From assembly GCA_903825105.1 (NCBI GenBank), contig CAIJZI010000008.1, positions 8,401 to 72,400 on the forward strand: a stretch of 64,000 bases of DNA, in the 5' to 3' direction. Position 1 is the first letter of the stretch; each line of letters opens with the position of its first letter. The translations under genes and the position numbers were made by a program. The stretch is from an uncultured bacterium (GTDB taxonomy: Bacteria; Patescibacteriota; Minisyncoccia; Phycocordibacterales; Phycocordibacteraceae). Below the pieces are notes generated by a model. It was not told the origin of the DNA. It saw only the letters and a program-made list of their open reading frames with translations, and did not search any database. Positions 29,218 to 38,529 of this stretch are shown piece by piece.

Positions 29218-29990
29218 AACAAGACATGATAGTTACTACAGAAAAACAGCGTGGAGATCTTATCGAATCTGGGAAGCGCCTCGCGCGTATTCTGGGAGTT
29301 CTCGCTGGAAAGGTCGCTCCCGGCGTCTCGGCTAGTGAGCTCGACGACCTCGCCGAGAAGCTTATTCGCGATGGGGGCGACACGCCAGCTTTCCTTGGCT
29401 ATAAAGGAGAAGGCTCGCGACCGTACCCGGCGACTTTGTGCGTTTCTATAAATGATGAAATCGTGCATGGCATTCCAAATGAATCAGAAAAGATTTTTAA
29501 AGAAGGCGATATCGTGAGCCTCGACTTCGGGCTTATTCATAATGGTGTGGTGACGGACGCTGCTGTCACGGTGGCAGTGGGGAATATAGATGAACAGTCA
29601 AAAAAATTACTCAGAGCGACAGAGAACGCGCTCGCTGCAGGCATCGCTGAAGCGATTCCAGGGAATTATTTGGGCGATATTTCGCATGCGATTCAGGCAG
29701 AAATAGAAAAAGCGGGATTCGCAGTGGTAAAAGAGCTCGGCGGGCACGGCGTTGGTGATGAAGTCCACGAAGAGCCGTTTATTCCCAACTTCGGGAAGAA
29801 GGGCGAAGGAGAATTACTTGTCGAGGGAATGGTGCTCGCGCTCGAGCCGATCTCCTCAGCAGGGAAGTCGGCGATGACGCTCGCGCCAGATGGTTGGACC
29901 TATCGTACGAAAGATGGTTCCCGAAGCGCTCACTTCGAGCACACGATCTTGATAGAAAAGAGCGGAGCGCGTATTATTACAAAATTATGA
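29214..29990 (+). CDS. map: methionine aminopeptidase type I
   Basis: 258 aa; sequence and position after adk. Confidence 0.93.
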   Translation: MKQDMIVTTEKQRGDLIESGKRLARILGVLAGKVAPGVSASELDDLAEKLIRDGGDTPAFLGYKGEGSRPYPATLCVSINDEIVHGIPNESEKIFKEGDIVSLDFGLIHNGVVTDAAVTVAVGNIDEQSKKLLRATENALAAGIAEAIPGNYLGDISHAIQAEIEKAGFAVVKELGGHGVGDEVHEEPFIPNFGKKGEGELLVEGMVLALEPISSAGKSAMTLAPDGWTYRTKDGSRSAHFEHTILIEKSGARIITKL

Positions 29991-30463
29991 ACCATCCAAA
30001 AGAAGAACGCACTCTTGTTATTTTAAAACCAGACGCGGTACACCGCGGACTCATGGGAGAAATTATTGGTCGTATGGAACGCAAAGGGCTTAAGATCGTG
30101 GGAATGAAAATGATACAGCTCGAAGACGCAGTGCTTGAAGCACATTATGCGCACATTAAGGATAAACCGTTCTTTGGGAGTATTAAATCCTTTATGAAAT
30201 CAGCTCCTGTTGTGGTCATTGCCCTTTCAGGAATCAATGCTGTTTCAGCGACGCGTCTTATTGTCGGCCCGACCAAGTCTTATGAAGCTACAGCGGGGAC
30301 TATTCGTGGCGATCTCGCACTCTCTTCTCAATCGAATATGGTTCATGCCTCCGACAGTGTAGAAAATGGTGTGATAGAGGTGAGCCGCTTCTTTAACGAA
30401 GATGAGATTTTCTCATATGCGCGCAATGACTTTGGCTTTATAAACGCCGAAGAATCGTTCTAA
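29987..30463 (+). CDS. ndk: nucleoside diphosphate kinase
   Basis: ERTLVILKPDAV...NMVHASDS active-site region; ATGA overlap with the map stop. Confidence 0.92.
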   Translation: MNHPKEERTLVILKPDAVHRGLMGEIIGRMERKGLKIVGMKMIQLEDAVLEAHYAHIKDKPFFGSIKSFMKSAPVVVIALSGINAVSATRLIVGPTKSYEATAGTIRGDLALSSQSNMVHASDSVENGVIEVSRFFNEDEIFSYARNDFGFINAEESF

Positions 30464-30654
30464 AGTTTTGCACAGGCCTATTTGGCAGGGGATGTATACT
30501 AGTAAGTGGAGCCGTTCTTAAAAACGCAACTTGCCTCTATTAGGGGAGCAGAGCATTAAGGCAGTTTGGTGAATTTTGCGTAAGTAGAAATCCGATAGCT
30601 GTCGTTCTCGCACCCACCTGGCTGATAAAGTTGCCCGTTAAAGGACGGTTTCGC

Positions 30655-30688
30655 AAAAAAGTCGCTTTTTAAAAAGCGACTTTTTTGC
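30655..30688. terminator. bidirectional intrinsic terminator (palindrome AAAAAGTCGCTTTTTAAAAAGCGACTTTTTT)
   Basis: Perfect palindrome flanked by A-run and T-run. Confidence 0.65.
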
Positions 30689-30702
30689 GCTATAGTGGTG
30701 AA

Positions 30703-32121
30703 ATGAAACTCTCGTTTTATGGCGGAGCCGGGAAAGTGACGGGCTCAAATTTTTTAATAGAGAGCGGAGCATCTAAAATGCTAGTCGATTGCGGCATCGA
30801 ACAAGGTGCAGACTTTGTGGTTGAAGAGGTGTATGGAAAATTCCCCTATGAGGTAAAAAATATCGATGCACTTGTGGTCACGCACGCACATTTGGATCAT
30901 GTAGGCAGAATCCCCAAACTAATGAAAGAAGGTTTCAAGGGCAAAATTTTTATGACGCCGCCGACGAGAGATTTAGCAGAATTAATTCTGCGCGATTCGG
31001 CGAATATCTTACGACAAGACGCCGAACGACGCGGGCTACCGCCGCTTTATGAAGAAAAAGATGTCGACGAGGCGATGACGCTTGTAGAAACGCTCGAGTA
31101 TCATACTGAAAAACAAGTTACTCCCGATCTCTCTATTTATCTACGCAACACGGGGCACATTTTGGGCTCGGCGAGTGTGCGAATTAAAGATTCTGAAGGT
31201 AATTCTGTCGCGCTCACGGGCGATATCGGCAACTCGCCATCACCTCTTCTACCCAACTGGGAGCCAATTGAAGACGCGGACGCTCTCGTGATGGAAAGCA
31301 CATATGGAAATAGAGTGCACCCGAACCAGCAGGTTCGTGTCGAGCTCTTGGGCGAGACACTAAGGCGCGCAATTGCCCGCGGCGGCACGATTCTTATCCC
31401 CGCATTTTCGCTCGAGCGAACACAGCTAATGCTCTATGAGCTCTCAAATTTCTTTTCGTCTGGTGAATTGCCACAGATCCCAGTCTTCCTCGATTCGCCG
31501 CTCGCGATTCATGTGACCGAAGCGTATGAAAAATATGGCCCAACTTATTTTAAGCCAGAGGTTGAGGATGAGATAAAAAGAGAGAAGAGCATCTTTGAAT
31601 TCCCATTTCTTAAAAAGACGCTTTCGCGTGGCGAGTCAGAGGCGATAGAGCATATACCAAACCCGAAGATTATCATCGCTGGGGCAGGGATGAGCCATGG
31701 CGGCAGAATTGGGCACTGGGAGGCCAGATACCTGCCAGACAAGGCCACAACGCTTATAATCGTCGGTTATCAGGCCCCAGGGAGCCCTGGGAGGCGTATG
31801 GCTGAAGGGGCGCCAAGTGTGCGGCTAAACGGTAGCGAGGTGAAAATAAGGGCAAAAGTGGAGATTTTAGACGGTTGGTCGGCACACGCCGATCGCGATG
31901 AACTTCTTAAGTTTGCAGAAGCCGCGCTCGCGGGGAAGAGAATCAAAACTATTTTTACCGCGCTTGGCGAACCTGTGGCAGAACGATTTCTCGCCCAGCG
32001 CATTCATGATTATTTCCTGCCGCAGGACTCCCGAGTGGGAGTAAAGTGCCGCGCCATTGTTCCCGAACAAGGCGAGAGTTGGGAAGTCGCGAACGGTTCA
32101 GTGAAAAAGAGTATCAGGTGA
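30703..32121 (+). CDS. MBL-fold beta-CASP family metallo-hydrolase (RNA-processing type)
   Basis: HAHLDHVG motif, beta-CASP region; TATAGT -10 only 6 nt upstream, so possibly leaderless. Confidence 0.8.
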   Translation: MKLSFYGGAGKVTGSNFLIESGASKMLVDCGIEQGADFVVEEVYGKFPYEVKNIDALVVTHAHLDHVGRIPKLMKEGFKGKIFMTPPTRDLAELILRDSANILRQDAERRGLPPLYEEKDVDEAMTLVETLEYHTEKQVTPDLSIYLRNTGHILGSASVRIKDSEGNSVALTGDIGNSPSPLLPNWEPIEDADALVMESTYGNRVHPNQQVRVELLGETLRRAIARGGTILIPAFSLERTQLMLYELSNFFSSGELPQIPVFLDSPLAIHVTEAYEKYGPTYFKPEVEDEIKREKSIFEFPFLKKTLSRGESEAIEHIPNPKIIIAGAGMSHGGRIGHWEARYLPDKATTLIIVGYQAPGSPGRRMAEGAPSVRLNGSEVKIRAKVEILDGWSAHADRDELLKFAEAALAGKRIKTIFTALGEPVAERFLAQRIHDYFLPQDSRVGVKCRAIVPEQGESWEVANGSVKKSIR

Positions 32122-32192
32122 TTACTAGTTGATTAATTATTTACTAACTATCATTTATCCGTAATTACATACGACCGTGGTATATTGAGGAT

Positions 32193-32774
32193 ATGGCGAA
32201 TGTCGAAATTGGAGCACAAAAGAAGCGTAGAAAGGGGTATATCCAACAAGCAATTCTTGCAACCGTTGCGCTTTCCGGAGTTGCGCTTATAGCGGCGATA
32301 GCTCCCAATGCTCCTGCCGCACTCGCGAAATTGCCGAGCATAAAGCGAGCACAACTTAAAGCACGATACCGAACAGCTCTTGGACGGCTTGCTATTATAG
32401 GGCTCGTGACGTTTGAAAAGCGAAACGGAAAATCATATGCGCGGATTACGGATGCTGGGCGCAAGAAACTGGCGTTTGAGTTAGAGAAGGATAAATTGGA
32501 TCTTTCTAAAAAACGGCGCTGGAATGAACGGTGGCGTGTGGTAATTTTTGACGTGCCGGAACGTCGTCGAAAGACGCGTGACCGACTCAGAATCCTTATG
32601 CAAGAAATTGGTTTTGTTCGTCTACAGGATAGCGTATGGGTCTTCCCGTACGATTGCGAAGAATTCATAACATTACTGAAAGCTGAACTAAAAATTGGCG
32701 CAGCCGTTCTTTATATGGTAGTGGAGGAGATAGAAAACGATAAGCATTTGCGTGAACATTTTGGTTTGAAGTGA
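32193..32774 (+). CDS. PaaX-family-like transcriptional regulator (short form)
   Basis: wHTH-like RNGKSYARITDAGRKKL and W-x-E-R-W-R-V-V-I-F-D...GFVRLQDSVWVFP matching the PaaX C-domain pattern. Confidence 0.5.
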   Translation: MANVEIGAQKKRRKGYIQQAILATVALSGVALIAAIAPNAPAALAKLPSIKRAQLKARYRTALGRLAIIGLVTFEKRNGKSYARITDAGRKKLAFELEKDKLDLSKKRRWNERWRVVIFDVPERRRKTRDRLRILMQEIGFVRLQDSVWVFPYDCEEFITLLKAELKIGAAVLYMVVEEIENDKHLREHFGLK

Positions 32775-32848
32775 TATTTGTTATTATATACGACCGTGAT
32801 AAATAGCGGATAAGTTTATACACGCTACCGCCTGGTAGAATTGGCGCT

Positions 32849-33073
32849 ATGGATTTAAAACTCGGGATTTATGAGCATTCTAAAAGCGGGAAGCACTATC
32901 GCGTGATTGGTGTTGCGAAACACAGCGAAACGCTCGAAGATTTAGTGATTTATGAAGCTCTTTATGAAAACAAAATGTCGAAACTCTGGGCGCGCCCGCT
33001 CAAAATGTTTACTGAAGAAGTTGAAATCAATGGTAACAAAGTACCGAGATTTAAATATATTGGCGAAGAATAG
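32849..33073 (+). CDS. DUF1653-family small protein
   Basis: YEHSKSGKHYRVIGVAKHSETLEDLVIYEALYEN...WARPLKMF matches the DUF1653 signature. Confidence 0.7.
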   Translation: MDLKLGIYEHSKSGKHYRVIGVAKHSETLEDLVIYEALYENKMSKLWARPLKMFTEEVEINGNKVPRFKYIGEE

Positions 33074-33077
33074 AAAA

Positions 33078-33110
33078 CAAAAAACCGCCCTGGGGGGCGG
33101 TTTTTTGTTT
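33078..33110. terminator. bidirectional terminator between convergent genes
   Basis: AAAACCGCCCtggGGGGCGGTTTTTTG. Confidence 0.7.
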
Positions 33111-33456
33111 AGATGACCTGCTTCGAAATTCTTGCGAAGATTTCTGGCCGATCGGCGGCGAATTCGGCGAGGACCTTTCGGTCGAGCGCGAAGCCGTTTT
33201 TCTTCAACTTCGCGATAAAGGTGGAGTAGGACTTATGACCAGCGTCGCGAACGGCGGCGTTCAAACGAACGATCCAGAGCTGACGGAAGTCAGTCTTCTT
33301 ATCTTTACGATGTGCGAATGAATAGCGCCCCGCGCGCATAAGCGCTTCGTGTGCATAGCGTTCCTTTTTAGAACGGACACCACGAAAGCCTTTTGCTCGC
33401 TCGAGCACATTCTTTCTTCGCTTCTGCGCCATGACGCCCCCTTTAATACGAGTCAT
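33109..33456 (-). CDS. rplT: 50S ribosomal protein L20
   Basis: 115 aa; sequence and position. Confidence 0.95.
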   Translation of the reverse strand: MTRIKGGVMAQKRRKNVLERAKGFRGVRSKKERYAHEALMRAGRYSFAHRKDKKTDFRQLWIVRLNAAVRDAGHKSYSTFIAKLKKNGFALDRKVLAEFAADRPEIFARISKQVI

Positions 33457-33484
33457 AAGTAATAAGTAATAAGTTTAAGTAAAT

Positions 33485-33679
33485 CTACTTTGCGCCTGAC
33501 CCTGGGAGAAATCGTCTGCGATTTCGCACCGAGAGGGTAAGGGCGACTGCGCGGCGCTTACCGCTACGCTTCGAACCGCTCTGCTTCGCGTTGAAGTGGT
33601 CTTGACCAGGCTTTCGAGCCATCATCTTACCTTTACGCGTTACGCGGATTCTTTTTAAAAATGATTTGTTAGTTTTCAT
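33485..33679 (-). CDS. rpmI: 50S ribosomal protein L35
   Basis: 64 aa basic protein; position. Confidence 0.9.
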   Translation of the reverse strand: MKTNKSFLKRIRVTRKGKMMARKPGQDHFNAKQSGSKRSGKRRAVALTLSVRNRRRFLPGSGAK

Positions 33680-34218
33680 GATTTTGTTTGTTTACCCTGT
33701 GCTGACATATCTCGCTCGACGACGCAGGCGAAGCCTTTAGGGCTCTTCGCCATCGGTTCAGCGATCTTGTACGCATACGGGATGCGAATCAAGAATTTCT
33801 CGAGGCGCTCTTTAAGGAATGCCTCACCCATACCCTTATAGCGGCCTTTAAGGAAGAGCTCGGCACGAACGCGATGACCCTCGGCGAGCCATTCTGCGGC
33901 CTTTTTCGCCTTGAGGAGCATGTCGTTGTCTCCGGTGCCGACTTTGATCTGGACTTCTTTAGTCTCAGAGATCTTCACCTTCGCTTTTGCTACCTTTTCC
34001 TTCTTGCTACGCTCGTACTCAAATTTACCATAATCTGTGATCTTCGCAACCGGCGGGATAGCCGAGGGCGAGATCTCGATAAGGTCGAGCCCGACGCGAA
34101 GCGCTGCCGCCAAAGCCTCTTTAAGCGAGATAACGCCGAGGTTTTCACCCTCTGCGCCAATGACGCGCAATTCTTGCGCGCGGATTTCGTTATTGATGCG
34201 AAGTCGTTCTGTAGCCAC
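33676..34218 (-). CDS. infC: translation initiation factor IF-3 (probable GTG start, near-leaderless)
   Basis: RINNEIRAQELRVIG...DYGKFEYE IF3 signature; the upstream in-frame extension lacks homology and contains the TTGTGC-N18-TATAGT promoter. Confidence 0.8.
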   Translation of the reverse strand: MATERLRINNEIRAQELRVIGAEGENLGVISLKEALAAALRVGLDLIEISPSAIPPVAKITDYGKFEYERSKKEKVAKAKVKISETKEVQIKVGTGDNDMLLKAKKAAEWLAEGHRVRAELFLKGRYKGMGEAFLKERLEKFLIRIPYAYKIAEPMAKSPKGFACVVERDMSAQGKQTKS

Positions 34219-34331
34219 TGGAAGTAGATTTACTATAGCACGAGAAGGGGAGAATGCACAACCGTTCGACAGGAGGCAAGCTAAAAAAGAAAGCCGCCGC
34301 GCTTCAGAAGCGCGGCGGGGCAGGTACATAG

Positions 34332-34781
34332 TTACTTCTTTTTGCTCTTGTAAACGCAACACAAGAAGTTGTGGTCTATAAGAGCTGATGCACAACTGAT
34401 TCCATCACACGGCTCCCCATACACTGTGCATGGTATATATCTGATTTTCAGGCCTGATGGTTCAAGTGCGTGTTGCAGAATACCTCCGACATTATCGGGG
34501 CTAATTGCAAAAGCTGTGCAAGAGCTCGCGTCGGATGGCCCAACAGAACGAACCTTAGGCGGAGTTATCCTGCTGACGGCTGTCACAATCTCACTGTAAT
34601 CAGCCTTAGAGAAAGCTAGTATTGGCGACTCTGCATGAGCCCACACAAGCGTGTTCATGGCGCTCTCGATTTGCGAATACAAGTCCACCCCACTATCGGT
34701 TAGTGGCCAAAGTTTCAGCTCTCTCAATAAATGGTATTCAGTGGTCCCATTATCAAGAACGCAAGAAGAGTATATCTTCAT
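34332..34781 (-). CDS. hypothetical Cys-rich protein (149 aa, no signal peptide)
   Basis: C-terminal CTVYGEPCDGISC...LCC cluster; adjacent to the secreted PLD nuclease. Confidence 0.4.
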   Translation of the reverse strand: MKIYSSCVLDNGTTEYHLLRELKLWPLTDSGVDLYSQIESAMNTLVWAHAESPILAFSKADYSEIVTAVSRITPPKVRSVGPSDASSCTAFAISPDNVGGILQHALEPSGLKIRYIPCTVYGEPCDGISCASALIDHNFLCCVYKSKKK

Positions 34782-34842
34782 TTCTTCACCTCACTTTCAA
34801 ATTTCAAATCCACTAATAAAATACTACGAACTTGCGCGTGTG

Positions 34843-35757
34843 TCAATCAGCAATCTGGCTTTTATCAGAGACGATTATTTCTGCCTTTCCTTGATACGAA
34901 GAGATTTTTCCGGTCAGGGTAATTGTCTTCCCGTTATATTTTGAGAGATCGCCAATTTTCTTAGCATCATCGGCGAAGACGACGCCAGAGAACGGGCAGT
35001 TTTTATAACTTTTACAAAAATCTAAGAAAACGGTCCCGGTTGAAGTTGTGTGTGCGTCGACGAGCGTCCCACGAACAGAGGCGAGAGCGCCGATGTGAGC
35101 GGGCGCATCGGTGTAGTCAATGGTGCCGATAGAAACAGGCGCGGCCGCGCTAGCGGCCGCGTTGGTGCCTTTATAGGCTTGTAATAATTTCGTCAGAATA
35201 GTTTCATAAGTCTGACGAAGCGTCGGGTCAGTGCCTATTTCAAGAATCTCATCATTTTCTGTCGTCGCCGATCCCGTCCAGTTGTAGCTGCCAAGAGCAT
35301 ACGCCGAGTCGGTCACGATCATTTTAATATGCATAATCCCGTTGCCGTCTTTGTGCTTCTCGGTTTCTACCGGAATGCCGGCATCTACCAATTCAGAAAT
35401 AATCGGTGCGTCGTAGCTATTCGCGCTTTCGCCGGCATCAACAAGTCCTTTGACTTCAACTCCACGCTTTTTTGCTGCAACTAAAGCGTCGGCAACATCT
35501 TTGAGTGTGAATTCATACATCGCGAAATAAATTTTCGTTTTCGCCGCATCTATAAGCGCGATAATTTCTTTATCATTTTGTTTTTGGTCCAAGCTATAAA
35601 TAACACGGACAGAGCCGGGCGCTGGGGCAGTGATAGTTTCAGCGGGGATACTAGGCGCGACGCCTGTTGAAGTGTCGCCTTTAAGAGAATATCCAGTCGC
35701 TCCAGCGGCTATCGCCAAGGCGAGGGCGATTCCCGTGCGAATTATTTTTTGGTTCAT
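34843..35757 (-). CDS. secreted PLD-family (HKD) nuclease with C-terminal OB-fold-like domain
   Basis: Signal peptide MNQKIIRTGIALALAIAAG; HKD motif HIKMIVTD...GSYNWT; start chosen at the Met preceding the signal peptide. Confidence 0.7.
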   Translation of the reverse strand: MNQKIIRTGIALALAIAAGATGYSLKGDTSTGVAPSIPAETITAPAPGSVRVIYSLDQKQNDKEIIALIDAAKTKIYFAMYEFTLKDVADALVAAKKRGVEVKGLVDAGESANSYDAPIISELVDAGIPVETEKHKDGNGIMHIKMIVTDSAYALGSYNWTGSATTENDEILEIGTDPTLRQTYETILTKLLQAYKGTNAAASAAAPVSIGTIDYTDAPAHIGALASVRGTLVDAHTTSTGTVFLDFCKSYKNCPFSGVVFADDAKKIGDLSKYNGKTITLTGKISSYQGKAEIIVSDKSQIAD

Positions 35758-35818
35758 CTCTATAGTATACTTCGGCAACGAGAGAATAATAATTTTTATC
35801 CAGCATAGTAACACCCAT

Positions 35819-36355
35819 ATGAACATCCTCGCCATTTCAGGGAGCTTACGGAAAGATTCGTTTAATACGGCGCTTGTGAAAAGTCTCCAAGCGCTCGCGC
35901 CTGAAGGGATGCAGATCGATATCGTAGACATCACGCCAATCAAACTCTTTAATCAAGACGACGAAGCCGCTTTCCCTAGAGAAGTCCAGAATTTTAAAGA
36001 TAAAATAGTCGCCGCAGATGGCATTATTATCGCGACGCCAGAATACAATCATTCGATCCCTGGCGTTTTGAAAAATGTCATCGACTGGGCGAGTCGCCCT
36101 TATGGCCAGAACTCATTTGATAAAAAGAAAGTGCTTATTATGGGCGTTTCTATCGGGAAAAATGGTGCGATGCACGCGCAAGTTCAGTTGAAAGAATTGA
36201 TGACCTATCTCGGAGCAGAAGTTATTGAACAAGAGCTCCACATCGGCCCAGCGAGTGAAATCTTTGACGAGAAGGGAGCTATCACGAGTGCATTAACTAA
36301 AGCGCTGCTCACCAAAGCGCTCGGAGTATTCGCAGAAAAAGTGAAGATTAACTAA
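35819..36355 (+). CDS. NADPH-dependent FMN reductase family protein
   Basis: MNILAISGSLRKDSFN...TPEYNHSIPGVLKN. Confidence 0.8.
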   Translation: MNILAISGSLRKDSFNTALVKSLQALAPEGMQIDIVDITPIKLFNQDDEAAFPREVQNFKDKIVAADGIIIATPEYNHSIPGVLKNVIDWASRPYGQNSFDKKKVLIMGVSIGKNGAMHAQVQLKELMTYLGAEVIEQELHIGPASEIFDEKGAITSALTKALLTKALGVFAEKVKIN

Positions 36356-36938
36356 AAGAATCCTTTTTTCTCTTCACATACGCGTGGAAGTTGTGCCAGC
36401 CTGCGTAGGCGAGGATGAGCGAGAACACGCCAGCGATGCCCCAACGCGCGGGGCCGATCCATTCTGAAGTGACGGCGCCAAACCAATACGATACACAGAA
36501 GAGAAAGGTCATCCAAATCACTGCCGCGGCGATAACTGAAGAGATAAAGGTAGAAAATTTAGAATTAAAAAAACCACTCGCGGTATAAGTGAGGAATCGT
36601 GAGCCCGGTATGAAGGTTGCAGAAAAGACGGCGAGAGAATAACTGCGCTCGAGCCACGATTTAAACGGGGCAGTGAAGTCGTGCTCGACATACTGTGCGA
36701 GACGCGGATGAGTGCTCGCCAACTTGCCAACATAATATATACAAATGTCGCTCGCTATAACGCCAATAAAGAGAGAGAGGAGTGCGAAGGGCGCGTGAAT
36801 AATCTTGTCTGCTGCGAGAACACCGACAATAATCGCGGTTAAATCTTCGAGGAAAAAACAGCCGATAAGAATGGCGAAAAATAAAATAATATTACTCCCA
36901 ACGGCGCCATTAATCAGGTGTGAAATAAAAAAAAACAT
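36348..36938 (-). CDS. DedA/TVP38 family membrane protein
   Basis: Multi-TM; FIPGSRFLTYTASG motif. Confidence 0.7.
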   Translation of the reverse strand: MFFFISHLINGAVGSNIILFFAILIGCFFLEDLTAIIVGVLAADKIIHAPFALLSLFIGVIASDICIYYVGKLASTHPRLAQYVEHDFTAPFKSWLERSYSLAVFSATFIPGSRFLTYTASGFFNSKFSTFISSVIAAAVIWMTFLFCVSYWFGAVTSEWIGPARWGIAGVFSLILAYAGWHNFHAYVKRKKDSFS

Positions 36939-36956
36939 GCGTGTAGGGTAATTCTA

Positions 36957-37877
36957 TCAAATCTTAAACGCTGGCGCACCGCTCCTGCGCACAACCGCAT
37001 AGGCAAAAGACTCTTTCGACGGCAGGGTAATTTCTGAATCAGTTTTTCTTTCGATGGCACAATCAACCTTCTCTCCTTCGCGTAACCAATATCTTTTTAT
37101 AAATTCAACGCGTGCAGGGTCTATCGCTCCTGGATTTTTCATTGCTGCGACAAAGCTGTCAGAAATATCTTCTTGCGGATCAAGCGATGCATAAGAATTC
37201 GGTACCAATTCCGGGCGGGTATTTACATAAAATTGATGTGGTTGCCCAGATGCGCCTTCCTCGTTATTTATCTTCCATTCGAATTTTTCTCGCCACTCTT
37301 TTTGAAAATCTTGATCTTGTAGACAATGCGCCACTTCGTGGAGATAGGTTCCTTCAAAATTAGATACACCAAGAATCCGATGCTCTTTTTGTGAGAGTGA
37401 CCGCGGGTATAAAACAATAGCGTTTAATTTGGGTGGCGAGTTGCCGCTCAGATCTTCGCCCGTTTTTGTATTCGTGGCGCTTTCGTTATTGATCAAACAA
37501 TAAGGTGGGATATCCGCGATTTTATTTTCTGTAAGCGAGCCCTGCAAAAGAGTAAAAGCATCTTGTAACTCTTGAGTGCGTTCTGGACTCAAAACGTCGC
37601 CGAAGTTGTATACGACTAATTTTGCATCGCGAGACGCTATTTCAATTTGTTCTTTTGGTGGGCCTTTTTCTTGCCATTCTTTATTAAGCCACCAAAATCT
37701 TTTTTCCAACTCTCTTTTAATTCTCGTTTCTATTTCTGACGGTGGAGTATCGAGTCCGACACGCACCACATACTCGGCTGCATCTTCTTCAACTTCTTGA
37801 AGTCTGATGTCATCAATGCTCTGGTATGACTTTTCTTTGCTGGCAGGCGAACCTTCGTGGCTAGGCATAAAACGCAT
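36957..37877 (-). CDS. hypothetical protein with HExxH (HEVAH) putative zinc-metallopeptidase motif
   Basis: Single HEVAH motif; otherwise unassigned. Confidence 0.5.
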   Translation of the reverse strand: MRFMPSHEGSPASKEKSYQSIDDIRLQEVEEDAAEYVVRVGLDTPPSEIETRIKRELEKRFWWLNKEWQEKGPPKEQIEIASRDAKLVVYNFGDVLSPERTQELQDAFTLLQGSLTENKIADIPPYCLINNESATNTKTGEDLSGNSPPKLNAIVLYPRSLSQKEHRILGVSNFEGTYLHEVAHCLQDQDFQKEWREKFEWKINNEEGASGQPHQFYVNTRPELVPNSYASLDPQEDISDSFVAAMKNPGAIDPARVEFIKRYWLREGEKVDCAIERKTDSEITLPSKESFAYAVVRRSGAPAFKI

Positions 37878-37941
37878 TGTACCAAATTTGTCATTCGATT
37901 ATGAAATGTGCCAGGCAGGGAAGCGTAGTACTATAGGGGCG

Positions 37942-38529
37942 ATGCCCCAAACGCCCCAAATGACTGATGATGCATCGGACGAAGAGATTGTTCGCCGAAC
38001 GCTTATAAATAAAGACGCGTTCGCGCTTCTAATCAAACGCTACGAGGCGAAGCTCTCGCGGTACCTGACCCGCCTTGGCGTCGGGCTCGCCGAAGATCGC
38101 GAAGACATTCTCCAAAATGTGTTTATCAAAGCGTATAAAAACCTGAACAGCTTCGACCCCAGCCTCGCATTCTCTTCGTGGATCTATCGCATCGCGCACA
38201 ATGAGACGATGAGTTTCTTCCGCGCGAAGCACGCCCGCCCGCAGGTTATTCTAAATGAAGAGAGCGAGATGCTCATCACCGAACTCGAAGACGAAATGGC
38301 AGACACCTCACTGCTCGCAGAGGCGAGGTTGTCGAAGGAGGAGTTAACAAAAGCGCTCGAAACACTCCCACAGTCATATCGCGACGCTTTAACACTGCGC
38401 TTTTTTGAAGACCGATCGTATTCAGAAATGTCAGATATTCTTCAGGTGCCAGTCGGGACAGTCTCGACGCTTCTTTACCGAGCGAAACGCGCGTTAAAGG
38501 AATCACTTCCAAAAACATTTTTACCATGA
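37942..38529 (+). CDS. RNA polymerase sigma factor, ECF (sigma-70 family group 4)
   Basis: Region 2 (FSSWIYRIAHNETMSFFR) and region 4 (YRDALTLRFFEDRSYSEMSDILQVPVGTV) motifs. Confidence 0.8.
   Translation: MPQTPQMTDDASDEEIVRRTLINKDAFALLIKRYEAKLSRYLTRLGVGLAEDREDILQNVFIKAYKNLNSFDPSLAFSSWIYRIAHNETMSFFRAKHARPQVILNEESEMLITELEDEMADTSLLAEARLSKEELTKALETLPQSYRDALTLRFFEDRSYSEMSDILQVPVGTVSTLLYRAKRALKESLPKTFLP

Noticed and set aside
33676-34395. Full 239-aa ORF as infC
   Set aside because: The first 59 codons have no IF3 homology and contain the promoter hexamers; the gene was trimmed to the GTG at 34218.
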